The notes under the pieces were generated by a model that ran no database searches, was not told the DNA's origin, and saw nothing but the letters and a program-made list of their open reading frames with translations. Below, one piece after another: positions 27,880 through 43,761 of a stretch of DNA of 64,000 bases; positions within the stretch are counted from its first letter, which is position 1, and the number at the start of each line of letters is the position of its first letter. Source of the stretch: the human T2T-CHM13v2.0 reference genome, Homo sapiens; the NCBI RefSeq assembly GCF_009914755.1, contig NC_060926.1, one strand, 5' to 3'. The position numbers were made by a program, and so were the translations under genes.

Positions 27880-30800
27880 GGAGTCAGGACAAGATGACTG
27901 ACTAAATATAGACAAGAAGCACTGACCCAAGAAGACAGACCAAATTATCGACTAAACTATCATAATTTGAACAGATCTTTGGAGACAAAAATGCAACAGA
28001 GAGGTGACACTAAGGCCATCGTTGAAGAGGGAGGAAGCTTGGATCCCCATACAAGGTACCCAAATACTAGCGCTACTTCCAGTCCTGAATGGCTCCTGAG
28101 AAAGGGGTGCATGAAGGAACTGAGGGATATAGCTCACTCTTGCTTTATACTTCTGGGATCTAAGCTATAGGTGACCCCAAGGCATCCATGAACCTTTGAG
28201 CCGGCAAGATTTCCCCAGGGAGCAGACAGAGACAAGACTTGGGATGGCACAGAGCAACTTCAGTGGAGAGCAGCCATAGATGCCCATTCCTCAGGGATGC
28301 AGTGGAAGTGGGGCATGCATCCCTCTACAAGGCCAGTCCAGAATGGGTGTGACACATCTTTCTGCTGCAGCCTCTGCTCAATGCCCCCCCTTCCTCCCAG
28401 CAGCCTGGAACATCTAAACAAAGAAACACAAGAAACGACACAGTGCCAATGAACAGAGAGGGAACCAACATGGCCCAGGAGCAGATCTGGTGAGGGTTTC
28501 ATCTCTTTATCCCCCCACAGTACACAGCATGCCTATGAATGTGAGAAAGTACAAGAGAGCGGTGTGGCTGGATATTAGTCTAGCTATTGGCCATTACTCT
28601 TAAGCACCATCTACTGCATCACAGCCCAAACCAAACCACCAAAAATTTTCCTGATGATATATACATATGGGAAGCAAAAACAAGAATTCAGCCACACAAA
28701 AATCCTATACAGAGGCCTGGCCCTCTGAAGGCATCCAGAAATGAAGTCAACTGACTATACTCAAATTATATCACAGTTAAAGAAACATCAATTCTCCAAA
28801 ATGAGGAAGAATCAGTTCAAGAACTGTGGCAATTCAAAATCCCAGAGTCTCCCCATAATTCCCAATGAGTTCACTAGCTCCTCAGCAATGGTTCTTAACC
28901 ACTCTGAAATGACAGAAATGACAGACACAAAATTCTGAATTTGGATGGCAATTTAGCACACTGAAATTCAGGAGAAAGTGGAAACCCAATCCAGGGAATC
29001 CAAAGAATACAGTAAAATGATCCAAGAACAGAAAGATGAAATAGCCATTTTAAGAGAACAAAACTGAACTTCTAGAGGTGAAAATTTTACTATAAGAATG
29101 TAATAATATAATTAGAAGTATTAACAGCAGAGTAGACCAAGCTTAGGGAAGAATATCAGAGTTTGACCACTGGTTTTTTGAATCAACTCAGTCAGAAAAA
29201 AATAAAGGAATTTTATAAAATTTAATAAACCCTCCAAGAAATATGATATTATGTGAAGAGACCAAGTATATGACTCATTGTCATTCCTGAGAGAGAAGGA
29301 GAGAGAATATGCAACTTGGAAAATATATTTGAGGATATAGTCCATGAAAATTTCCCTAATCTCATGAGAGAACTTGACATGTAAATCCAAGAAATGCAGA
29401 GAACCCTGGGTAGATACTATACAAGATGACCATCCCCAAGGCACATAGTATTCAGATTCACCAAAGTCAACACAAAAGGAGAAAAATCTTAAAGGCAGCT
29501 AGAGAGAAGGGTCAAGTTACATACAGAAGAAATCCCACAGTCTAGCAGCAGACATTTCAGCAGAATCCTTACAAGCCAGAAGAGACTTTCAGCATCCTTA
29601 AAGAAAAGAAATTCCAATCAAGAATTTCATATCCTGCCAAACTAAGCTTCACAAGTGAAGGAAAAATAGAATCCTTCTCCAGCAAGCAACTGCTGAGGGA
29701 ATTCATTTCAACCAGGCCACAATTACAAGAGGTCTTTAAGGGACTGCTAAACATGGAATTGAAAAAAATGTCACATGCTACCACAAAAAAAAAAAAAAAG
29801 AAAAAAAAAAAACACTTAAGCGCATAGCTCACAGGCACTATAAAACAACTACTACGCAATCAAGACTACCTAACAACCAGCTAACAACATGATGACAAGA
29901 TAAAAATCAACCATATCAATAGTAACTTTGAATGTAAATGGGCTAAACATCCCAATTTTGTCAATTGACACAGAATGGTCAGCTGGATACAAAGGCGGGA
30001 CCCAACCACCTGTTTTCTTCAAGAGACCCATCTTCCATGTAAATGAATCACATGCTCAAAGTGAAACAATAGAGTAAGATCTGCTATGCAATCAGAAAAC
30101 AAAAAAGAGCAGGAGTCACTATTATATTAGATGAAACAGACTGCAAACTAATAAAAATTTAGAAGAACATTATGTAATGATACAGGGTACAATCCAAAAA
30201 AAAAACAGAACTTAACTATCCCAAATATACATGTATAAACACCCAACTCTGGAGCACCGCCATTCATAAAACAAGTTTTTCCTGGCCCACAAAAAGATGT
30301 AGGCAACCACACAATAATAGTGTAGACTTCAACACCCCACTAACATCATTAGATAGATCATTGAGGAAGAAAACTCACAAAGAAACTGGACTTAAACTCA
30401 ACACTTGACCAACTGAACTTAATATACATCTTCAGAACACTGCACCCAACAACTACAGAATATACGTTCTTCTTATCTGCACATGGAACATATTATAAGA
30501 TAGACCACATGCTCAGCCATGAAGCCAGTCTCAGTAAATCTAAAAAAAAAAAAAAAATTAAATCATACCAAGCACACTCTTAGACCACAGGGCAATAAAA
30601 ATATAAATCAATACCAAGAAGAGCTCACAAAACTACACAAATACATGAAACTGAAACAACTTGCTCCTGTATAACTCCAGTGTGAACATTTAAATTGAGG
30701 CAAAAATCAAAAATGTATTTGAAATTATTAAAAATAGGTTCACAACCTACTAAAATGATGCAGCTAAAGCAATGTTAAGAGGATAGTTTACAGACCAAAA

Positions 30801-33587
30801 ACCTTCATCAAAAAGTTAGAAAAGTCTCAAATTAATGATCTAACTTTGCAACTAAAGGAGCTGAAAAAAAAGACAAACCAATCCCCAAACTAGCAGAAGA
30901 AAAGGAATAACTAAAATGAGATGTGAACTCAGTGAAACTGAGATGCAAAAATCCATATAAAAGTTCAACAAAACCAAGAATTGGTTCTTCAAAAAGTTCA
31001 ACAAGTTTGATAGACCACCAGCTAGATTAACATAGAAAAAAGGAGTATATCAAAATAAGTATAATCAGAAATGACAAAGATGGTATTACAACTGGTATCA
31101 CAGAAATACACAGGATGCTCAGAGAACAATATGAACACATCTATGCAAACAAATTAGAAAATCTAGAGGAAATGGATAAATTCCTGGAAATATACAATCT
31201 CTCCAAACTGAATCATGAAGACACTGAAACTCTGAATAAACCAATATCAAACTCTGAAATTAAATCAATAATAAGAAAAAAAACTGCCAACCAAAAAAGC
31301 CCCAGACCAGATGGATTCGTTATGAATTATTCCAGATGTACAAAGAAGAAATTGTAACAATCCGGTGGAAAGTATTCCAAAAAAATGAAGAAGAGGGACT
31401 CCACCCTAACTTATTCTATGAGGCCATCAGCAGGCTAACAACAAAATCTAGCAGAGACATGACAAAGAAAGCGAATTTCAGGCCAATATCCCTGATGAAT
31501 ATAGAAGCAAAAATTCCTCAAGAAAATACTGGCAAATTGAATTCAGCAGCACATTAATTCATCATAATCAAGTAGACCTAATTCCAGGGATTCAAGGTTG
31601 AGTCAATATATGCAAAACAATAAAGATGATTGACCACCTAAACAGAATTAAAATAAAAAATCATATGATCATCTCAATAGATATAGAATAAGCTTTCGAT
31701 AAATCCCAACATCTCTTCATAATAAAAACCATCAACACACTGGGCATTGAAGGAATATACCTTAAAATCATAAGAGCTATCTATGACAAACCCACAGCTC
31801 ACATCACACTGAATGGGCAAAAGGTGGAGCCGTTTCCCTTAAGAAGTGGAACTCTCATCACTCTTATTCAACATAGCACTGGAAGTCCTAGTCAGAACAG
31901 CCAGGCAAGATGAATAAATAAAAGGCATCCAAACAGAAAAAGAAAAAGTCAAACTATCCTTCTTTGCTGACTGCATGATTCTGTACCTAGAAAACCCTAA
32001 AGACTCTGCCAAAAGGCTACAAGAATGGATAAATGATTTTAGCAAGATTTCAGGATACAAAAATCAATGTACAGAAATTGGTAGCATTTCTATACACCAA
32101 TAATGCTCAGGTTGACAGTCAAATCAATAACAGATTCATGTTTATGATAATTACAAAAAAATGAAATACCTGGGAATACAGCTGACCAAGGAAGTGAAAT
32201 ATCTCTGCAAGGAGAACTACAAAACACTGGTGAAAGAAATCAGAGATGACACAAGTAAATTGAAAAACATGGATGGGAAGAATTGGTCATAAAAATAGCC
32301 ATACTGCCCAAAGCCATTTACAAATTCAACACTACTCCTATCAAACTACCAATGTCATTTTTCACAGAAGTTCCAAAAACACTATTCTAAAATTCATATG
32401 GAACCAAAAAGAACCCAAATAACCACAGCAATTCTAAGTAAAAAGTACAAGGCTGAAGGCATCACAGTACCCAACTTAAAACTATACTATAAAGCTACAG
32501 TAACAGAAATAGCATGGTACTTGACACGGTATAAAAACAGACACATAAAACAATGAAACAGAGTAGAAAAATTCAGAAACATATCTGCACACCTACAACC
32601 ATCTGATCTTTGATAAGGCCAACAAAAACAAAAAATGGGGAATGGACCCCCTGTTCAATAAGTGGTGCTAAGATAACTGGCAAGCCATATGGAGAAGAAT
32701 GAAACTAAACCCTTACTTTTGAGCATATACAAAAATTAATTTAAGACGGATCAAAGGTTTAAACGTAAGACACCAAACTATCAAAATCCTGAAAGAAAAC
32801 CTAGGAAATATCATTATCAACCTCAGCCTTAATAGAACTTTTGTCTAAATCCCCAAAAGCAATCACAACAAAACCAAAAATTGACAAGTGAGACCTAATT
32901 AAACTAAAGAGCTTCTGCACAGCAATAGAAACTATCAACAGAGTAAACAAGCAGCCTACAGAATGGGCAAAAATATTCACAAACTGTGCATCTGATAAAG
33001 GTCTAATATCCATATCCAGAACCTAGAAGGAACTTAAACAAATCAACAAGCAAAAAACAAATTACACGATTAAAAATAGTCAAAAGACACGAACAGATAT
33101 TTCTCAAAAGAAGACATACAAGTGGTGAACAAACAAATGAAAAAATGCTCATCATCACTAATCAGCAGAGAAATGAAAATCAAAACCACAATTGAGATAC
33201 CATCTCACACAAGTCAGAATAGCTATAATTAAAAAGTCAAAAAGCAGCAGATGCGGACAAGGCTGCAAAGAAAAGGGAATGCTTATACACTGTTGGTGAA
33301 AATGTAGACTAGTTCAGCCACCTTGGAAAGCAGTTCTCAAAGAATTTAAAACAGAGCTACCCTTCAACCCAGTTATTCCATTACTGGATAAGTACACAAA
33401 GGAAAATAGATCATTGTACCAAAAAGACACGTGCACTCATTTGTTGTCATGCTTTCACAATAGAAAAGGCATGGAATCAACCTAGGTGCCCATCAATGGT
33501 GACTGAATAAAGAAATGTGGTACACATGCACTGTAGAATACTATGCAGCCATAAAAAATGAAACCATGTCCTTTGTAGCAACATGTT
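27880..33587 (+). mobile_element. Near-full-length decayed LINE-1 (L1PA15/16- or L1PB-like): 5'UTR, ORF1 ~28801-29770, ORF2 ~29889-33587; 3' end missing
   Basis: 5' caagatgactgacta; ORF1 start MRKNQFKNCGNSKSQS; ORF2 motifs [29 protein letters not shown] and a degenerate FADD site (~31963); many stops and frameshifts. Confidence 0.92.
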
Positions 33588-33778
33588 ATGTTAATAAACA
33601 TAAGTCTGGCCTATATATTCAAGTAGGTTGACTGAATTGAGAAATCATAAAGCAGTTTTGGTTTATTTGTGAAATTATTGTTCTTTTGGGGATAGATAAC
33701 TGAATAATTCAAGGAAAATAATACTTCTCACGTATCCAATAAAATATTCTATTCTGTTTTGTTAAAAAGTTAATATTT

Positions 33779-33991
33779 GAGATATTTTGTTACTAGGGTT
33801 TCTTACAGAATTCTATTTTTAAATAGTTTAAATTTAATTTATCCATAGAAAATTAGGCAAACAAGCCTGAGGAATACATGCAATACCAGGCTTGAGTTCT
33901 CCTTAAGATATATTCATACTGCTAATTGAAAGAAGACAATTGGAAAGGGCTACATACTCTATGATTCAAATTATATGATATTCTGGAAAAG
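33779..33991 (+). repeat. Inverted duplication, arm 1
   Basis: Reverse complement of 35745-35962; 4 substitutions and 2 indels by manual alignment. Confidence 0.95.
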
Positions 33992-35025
33992 GCAAAACTA
34001 TACAGACAGCTAACATATCGCTGATTACCACTGCCCTTCAGCCTTGGGAACAGAGTGAAACTCTGTCTCAAACAAACAAACACAACAAACAACAAAAAAA
34101 AAACCATGAACAGACAAGCAAACAAATAAATAAAACCATAATGGGAGTATTTCAAAAAGATACAGGAGTCAACTGAAAGTGTCCCAAATGACCATACTAG
34201 GAACAATTTGAACAATATAATAAATAAGTAGTATTAAATTCTACCCCAACATATGAAATAAATGTCCATGAGTCCATACTGATATAAGTCAATGCATGAA
34301 TAATAAATGGGAGAGAAAAGACAAATCTATGCGGAATTTCAAATAATTTATTTTGATACTTTGTCCTTAAGGAGTTAGACAATAATTTCCTGCTTCTTAA
34401 GTGCGGACTGTGCAAAGTAACTTTCTTTCCAAAAGTGCAATATGGAAATGGGAAATAATAAAAGAGTACCTTTACAGCAGAGAAACCTGACGAACACTAT
34501 CTCATGCCAGGTGATCAAGGCTAACATCACAGTAATAGGTCACATTGATAGAATGTACACTTAATAAGATGTGGTTAAAATGACACTGTATATCTATAGT
34601 TGTTCTCTCAAAACACATAACCTTACTCTAATCAGGGGAAAAACCTCATACAAACCTCAGTTGAGATACAGTCTTCAAAGCATCTCACTAGTTATACTCA
34701 CAACTGTCAAGGTCATCAAAAGCAAGAAACACCTGAGAAACTCTTACAAGGAAACAAGCCGGAGACATGATTAATAAATGTAATGTGATAATCTGAAATG
34801 AACCCTGGAACAACAACAAAAATTAGAAAAAAATCCTGAGAAAACTGAAATAAATTATGAACTTTAGTTAATAATAATATATTAATGTGTTGATTCAATT
34901 GTGACAAATGTACTAAATTCATATAAATTTTAATAATAGAGACAACTGGGTATAGGGTATAAGGCAGTATCTTTGTGCTATCTTGATACAATAATTTTGT
35001 AAATCTAAAACTAATATAAAAATTA
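33915..35025 (+). mobile_element. L1MC/MD-type 3' end
   Basis: gctacatactctatgattcaaattatatgatattctggaaaaggcaaaacta; gtccatgagtccatactgatata; tgtaaatctaaaacta. Confidence 0.75.
34028..34105 (+). mobile_element. Alu 3' fragment with tail
   Basis: ccactgcccttcagccttgggaacagagtgaaactctgtctcaaac. Confidence 0.75.
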
Positions 35026-35451
35026 TTTTAAAATATTACGTTTAAGTTTTGATAGGGTAACTGCTTTTCTACCCTCTTGTTCATTGGTTAGTTTGTTATT
35101 TTGTATAGTTTTTTGGTTATTTGCCTCAAGTGTCTGGTAATCATTGTTGGTTTGCTATTATACATGCATAACAAAATTACACAATGTGGATATGGGAACA
35201 AAAGTTTCTTGATAATTTTATAAGTGACTTTCCATGACCCCGATCCCTCCATAAAAAGATGTGAATGTAGGGATGTAAGGTTCTGCACAGGGGTGAGCAA
35301 GGTGTTCTGATTAACACACTTTTCATTAAGAAGCATATGTAGATAACAGGAAGATGAATGCCCTTAAATAGTTTAACTCAAATGCATTTTTTAAATTGCA
35401 CTTTAATTTTGAAAATCAGACCTTTCCCCAGGCTTGGTTATAGTTCTTTCT

Positions 35452-35600
35452 CTTATATATATATATTTTTTTATTATACTTTAAGTTCTAGGGTACATGT
35501 GCACAACATGAAGGTTTGTTACATATGTATACATGTGCCATGTTGGTGTGCTGCACCCACTAACTGAGAGAAGAAGGCTTCAGACGATCAAACTTCTCCG
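35452..35600 (-). mobile_element. Miniature 5'-inverted L1PA insertion (3' tail antisense 35452-35565; ORF1 piece sense 35566-35600)
   Basis: Perfect 16-bp TSD ggttatagttctttct (35436-35451 / 35601-35616); ttattatactttaagttctagggtacatgtgcac; gagagaagaaggcttcagacgatcaaac. Confidence 0.9.
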
Positions 35601-35744
35601 GGTTATAGTTCTTTCTTAATGTCTATATTATTCCTCCTGCTATTGCCCAACACCTCTTCCTTCCTCTGCATTGCTTGTTTTAATTGGCGATCTGAGTTTG
35701 AAGAATAGGCATAGGCTACTCCCTGTTTTTCAGGCAGTCCAATT

Positions 35745-35962
35745 CTTTTCCAGAATATCATATAATTTGAATCATAGAGTATGTAGCCCTTTCCAATTGT
35801 CTTCTTTCAATTAGCAATATGAATATATCTTAAGGAGAACTCAAGCCTGGTATTGTATGTGTTCCTCAGGCTTGTTCTGCCTAATTTTCTATGGATAAAT
35901 TAAATTTAAACTATTTATTTAAAAATAGAATTCTGTAAGAAACCCTACTAACAAAATATCTC
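35745..35962 (-). repeat. Inverted duplication, arm 2
   Basis: Reverse complement of 33779-33991. Confidence 0.95.
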
Positions 35963-36697
35963 TTAAGGCTGACTCTGTTCAACAGCTTCTTAACATCCTT
36001 TGGGCATCTCCTGGCAAGAAGCACTCTCTCCTCTGTGCTGGCCAATTTTGGTTATATTAATGGTTTCATTTGTCCTAATATCTTTTTCAATAAAGTGTTG
36101 TGTCTTTGCTATTTTACAGAAGTTCTTTAAATTTTCTCATCTACCAGTGGCATAATTACTTATTTTATTTTTTGGTGTTGTGTTACTAACTTAAATTTTT
36201 TTTTCATTCATGAGATTCTTGAAGGTGGTCAGGTAAACATGATGGTTCTGGTCAAGTTTTAAATGAGAAACTTCTATGAGAGTCACTTGTGAAATTGTTT
36301 GAAATATCATTTCCTTCTGTCTATTGTAATATGATCTCTAAGTAAAATTTCAATAAATATGATTTAGAATGAGATCTGTCACTCTGTTATATAACGCTGA
36401 GGAACAGAAGCTGCTTATGGAACAAATTGGTATAGCTTGCAACAAAACAAAACAAAATAAAAACAAATATTTTCATCTCAACTTAAGCATTATGTTAAAT
36501 AGCAAAAGAATGCCATCAAGAAGTGCACATAAATAAAGTATAAATATAAAAAGCATTGGCATTGTTTTATTCTTCGAGACCATTTACTTACTTTTCTCCA
36601 TTTATGTGGCCTCTAGAAAATCTCCAACATACATACAACCTTTTCACAAAAATGAGAACATTTGGTTGGATGTTGTGGGACTCAAATTAACAACTTA

Positions 36698-36807
36698 AAT
36701 ATATATATGTGTATATATGTATATATGTGTGTATACATACACATATATATGTATACACACACACATATATACACACACACAAACATATATATATACACAC
36801 ACACACA
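36698..36807. repeat. (TA)/(TG)/(CA) compound microsatellite
   Basis: Direct inspection. Confidence 0.9.
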
Positions 36808-36905
36808 ACTGAGGATGAGAATGAGATCAGAAAACATCCTCCCTTCTGTCTTTTTTAATCTTATTTTGTTTGTTGTTGTTTGTTGTTTTTGTTTTTTGAG
36901 GTTAA

Positions 36906-37037
36906 ATTTTTTTCAGCTTTATTGAGGTATAATTGATAAATAAAATTGTACATATTTAAAGTGAACAATATGATAATTTTATATACACATACATTGTGAA
37001 ATGATTGGCACAATCAGGTGAACTCATCTGTCACCCA
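36906..37037 (-). mobile_element. L1MA 3'-terminal fragment
   Basis: ttattgaggtataattgataaataaaattgtacatattt...acattgtgaaatgatt. Confidence 0.7.
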
Positions 37038-39909
37038 CCAAGGGCAAGGTCAAGTCTATTCATCATTCACTAAGCTATTCTGTGCTCAAATTTAGGTAAG
37101 CTACCTTCTTTGAGCAATATGTGTACTATACATTAGAGGGAAAGTATTTCATTGCTCTTCCAGTATTGCTTTAAATTATTTTCACTGTAGTATTTCTTGA
37201 TTATAAAGAAATATAAAACTGAGGTTAATTTACTTAATATTAACACAAATTAATAAACCTAAAAATTTAAAATAACATCAATTTAACATGACTGAGGCTT
37301 TTAAACATGACTTTTCTCTATGCAAAGCACTGTAAAATCAAAATACTTGTTAAGTGAAATGTGACACTTTTTGGCCTTACTCATTTAAAATATATTGTTT
37401 ACCTTAAAATATCACCTCTGTTCTTTTATCATCTATACTGGCATTAATATTTTACCATGTATACTAAGATGATAATAAAACCAATATAACTGTAAAGGAA
37501 AAAATAACAACAGAAATTTGTTTGTAGCACTTGATTTAAATTGGTCATTTAAATGACTCAAAAATGTTGACATGAATTTTTTGTACGATTATCAAAAGTA
37601 AAACAACTTATGTTACACACATATACACTCACACACATATATCTATATGTGTATATGTGTTTATGTTTGTATTTTTTTCTTCAAATATAACTTGTAAAAT
37701 ATGGGAAACCTTCCCTATCTTCTTCTCGAAGTCATCGGAGGATTGGAGAATGGAAAAATCAAAAATACCTTCTCAGGACCCTATCCTGTGTAACTGACAA
37801 AGTATACAATATTCTAACAGAGTTTTTCTATGAGTAATTATTTATTAGCAGTTGAATATATGGTGATGAAGTGAAAAGAATGATAAAATAATAATCTACA
37901 AAATATTTACCAATGACAAAGAAGTCACTAGGCATGGTTTTATATGTTGGTAATATCTAAGATATGACTCACATCAAAAATCTATCAGAATTACTTCTGT
38001 TGCTTGAAGGATGTTGAGTTATTATACCGAATGTCAAAGATCATTCATTTTATCTTTAGCTAAATATTGTCAATTAAATGTACCTCACCAGCCAAAAAGC
38101 TTGATTGGTTTGAGTTTCAGATGTGTACTGGGACAGAATTAATTTTATGTCATCCAATGCTATCTATAGTGATAGAATTAGGGGCAATTACATTTTCTTA
38201 ATGAGATTCTTCCTAAGAGAGCTGAGCAGAATGCTTGTGATGAGAAACAAACTAGGAGATTTACCATGAATACATATTTTTGTAAATAGCCCTGGGGAAA
38301 ATTTAATTCCTTCAAAAGTGTAAAATTAAAATAAACAAACAAAATTTTGCTTAGAAGTATCTCTTCTCTGCAATTCATTCTTAAATATTACATCAATTTT
38401 AATACAATAAATCAATAAAAATAATTGGGCTGATTTTCTCTTATATTAATTGGTTACTAAGCATACATTGTGATGACAATTATACATTTCTGTTTCATGT
38501 TAACCCAGATAATTGTGATTGGTTTAAAACTATTCATATGCATTAGTATATTATATGTATTGCTTAAGTACATATTATTTGTTTATATTTAATTATTAGT
38601 AGTCTAGCTTTGAACTCTTCATACCATTTGAAAATTTCAATAAAATGCCTTGATAAATCATAGAATACTCAAAATCATAACTGAAATCTTAGGTTAATGC
38701 TATCAAACACTGATTTATTTGTGATCAAATGGACTGTCTAGATTATATAAGTTAGCTTCTCAAAATACTATAATTTAGCATATTAAATTTAAATATATAC
38801 AATTTACATTAGAGATAGAACAGTCATAGATAGATGATAGGTAGACAATGAAAAAAACCAAAGATAGTTATATGACTCTGAATATGACAATGTATGCAAG
38901 TACAGAAAGATAGGTGTGAAGAGTAACAGCAGAATATAAGGATCAATTAGTACCTGCAGCTACAGTAGAAAAAGAAAAAAAATGTCCATCAGAATCTGAG
39001 CTCAAGTAAATGCAGATATGTGAGAATGCACGGTAATTGGCAGATCAGAATTATTCTGTGTGTCAACGTTGAATCTTCAATCCATTTCAGTCTGTTTTCC
39101 ATCTTCTCCCTTCCTTGAAATTTGTTATCAACATGCCATCAATGGCTTCCATATTGCAAAACTCAGCGGCATTTAAAATATTATCCACTCTTCTCTTGGT
39201 AAAAGTCATGCTTACATTTCAAGTCCAACTGAAGTAATTTTTTTCTAATGGTCCTGAATCTTCAAAATTTATTTGCAGCATATTAAATTAAAGACTCCTT
39301 TTTGCTTTAAACATGCTGTTTATGCAGGTATATAAAAATATATCATTTAATTAGTGTAACCTCAACTTTGTGTGTAAAAAAAAAGTGAAATTAAGTAATA
39401 GAAGATATCTAAATTGATTTTTTAGTCTTAAAAATGTTAGTTTTGTTGGAAGATGCTTTAAGAGAATAGTTGTCTTTAAGAATTTTCAGCACCAGCAACA
39501 CTACAAGTTATGGATGTAAGCATGACCCTACTCACTGTCTGCCTATCTGTGTTTATGTTGAATAACTTAAAATATCTTGTCAGAAGGCTCAAAGAATATA
39601 CCCAATAATTAAATAGCTTACACCTTTGTGTTTTAATTATTTTCTTCAAGTATTTAATTATCTTTATGATCTTGTTTGTTATTTTTATTCTTTTTCCTAC
39701 TTTTTTAACTCAATCCCTCATCTTAGTTTAATTACTATTTTCACAAGCTAGTATCACAAACAAATATATTATTTGTCTTCCAACTGCACATGACTCTAGT
39801 GGTAATACCTTCACTCTAAAAATATTAATACATTGCTAAATAATTCTTTTTCTATGACACTAGCAAAAGTGAATCTATTTTTGCATAATCTCTTCCAAAT
39901 ATTATACAT

Positions 39910-41150
39910 ACATATTCATCTATTTGTCCAGGAAAAAAGCATGCAGTATCTACTATATGCCAAATTATTTTTAGCCACTGGAGCTATGGTTATATATGAA
40001 CTAGATATTAATCTAATATCACGATAATGTTCTTTCCATTTTAGATCATGTATTCTAGTGGGAAAAGACAACAAAATATGTAAAAAAAACATATCAACAT
40101 TCTAACTTCAGAGAGTAAATAAGTGCTCTTAAGAAACTTACTGATATAATAGAGTGACTTGATGAGTAGAATACCATCTAATGAGTGGCCAGAGAAAGAC
40201 TGAAAATACTGCATGTGAGCCAAAGGATAAAATGTCCTGTGAAAGCCCAAATTTAATCAGTGGCTAAGTCATTGGTATCATGTAGCTTATAAAAAGGTGC
40301 TTACATTTTTCTTCATTTAGGAGACTTTATATCACAAAAGAAAAAAACATATTTTGATATGGTCCTTTTTAATACTATGGAAGAACAGACTGCAAAAGTA
40401 CAGAAAGGAAGGCAGAGAATCTAATTAGGTGGCTATTACCCTAATACATGCAACTTAAATCAATAAGATGGCAGCGTGAGATGGAAGGAAGATGGGCTTC
40501 AGTTATACTTTGAGAGAACTGAAAGACTTGTGGTTACATAAGACAGAGCAGTTTAGTGAAAAGAAAAAAAAAAGAATGAAAATCCCTTGAGTTTTTTCTT
40601 CAGCATTTGTATTGATGGTGGAGCCATTTACTAAAATAAGAAGAATATGGGAAGAAGCATTTTTGAGGGATGGGCAATCAACAGTTTACTGTGATGCATG
40701 CCAGTATAAAAAACAATTGGAGATATTCAGAAAGTAGCTAGAAAAAACGATTTTGAAACACACGGCAGATGGCCTTATTAGATAGATATTTTGAAGACAC
40801 ATGCAAATTGCTTATTCTAAAATCACTGGTTGTATGCAAGTGGATTTAGATATGTATTCTGGGGCACCCTGACAGTAAGCTTTAGTTAGGAGATAGAGAA
40901 TCCAGCAAAGAGGATTCATACGTGGTCACTGAGTAAAATAAAAAAGAAATAAGACACAATGCTGTCATGTCGACATGTCATATCAAGAAAGAAATATGTT
41001 TCAAGAGAGGAAATGCTAAATGAGGCAAGTGATACTAAGATTAAGGAGTATACCAAAAGAAAAACACAGAATTTGATATTAATGGCCCTGACAGGATTAA
41101 TTTCATTGGAATGCTTGACAGGAAAGTAAATTGAGGCTAAATTAATATCA
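39910..41150 (-). mobile_element. L2 LINE fragment
   Basis: L2 3' end in antisense (catgcagtatctactatatgcca); gatggtggagccatttactaaaat; very diverged. Confidence 0.6.
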
Positions 41151-41208
41151 CAAACAAGTCAAGGGAATGGCAACAAAGTTTCATCAGTCCTTCAAAATGC
41201 ATAATTTG

Positions 41209-41660
41209 AAGGGAAATCCTATCATTTGTGACAACACGGATAAATCTGGAGTACATTATGTTAAGTGAAACAAGCCAGGCACAGAAAGAAAAATGCTGAC
41301 TGATCTCACTTATATGTGGAATCTAAAAAAGCTGAATTCACACAAGAAAGAAGAATGGTGGCTACCAAGGGTTAAGAGGGGTGGAGTTGGGGAAACCGCT
41401 GGTAAAAGAATACAAAATTTCACTTAGGAGGAGAAAATTCATGACCTATTGTACAACATGGTGACTAAAATTAATAACAATGTACTATATTCTTAGAAAC
41501 TGTTGAGTGTATTTTATGCTCTTACCACAAAAAAAGATAAGTATGTGAGATAATGCATACATTAAATAGCTCAGTTTAGTCATTCCACAATGTATATATA
41601 TTTAAAATATATATACCATTGATACATACATACAATTTTTCTCAATTAAAAGTAAAGGTA
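41209..41660 (+). mobile_element. L1MA (L1MA6/7-like) 3' end
   Basis: tcatttgtgacaacacggataaatctggag; tattgtacaacatggtgacta; gataagtatgtgagataatgca. Confidence 0.8.
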
Positions 41661-41861
41661 AAAATATATAACTTAAGGAAATTTATTTTGGTAAATGCAG
41701 ATGTTATGGTCATAACTTATTAGCACAGAAATTAATGATTCCACAGTAAAAATAAAATAATTGTAGGAGCAAAGCTCTTAAGTGAGTTAGGGCATATCTG
41801 AACTAAAACATGAACATAGGTTTGGAGTGGTAGGTTTAACTTATTTTAGAAGAAGAAAGGT

Positions 41862-43761
<1,900 letters not shown>

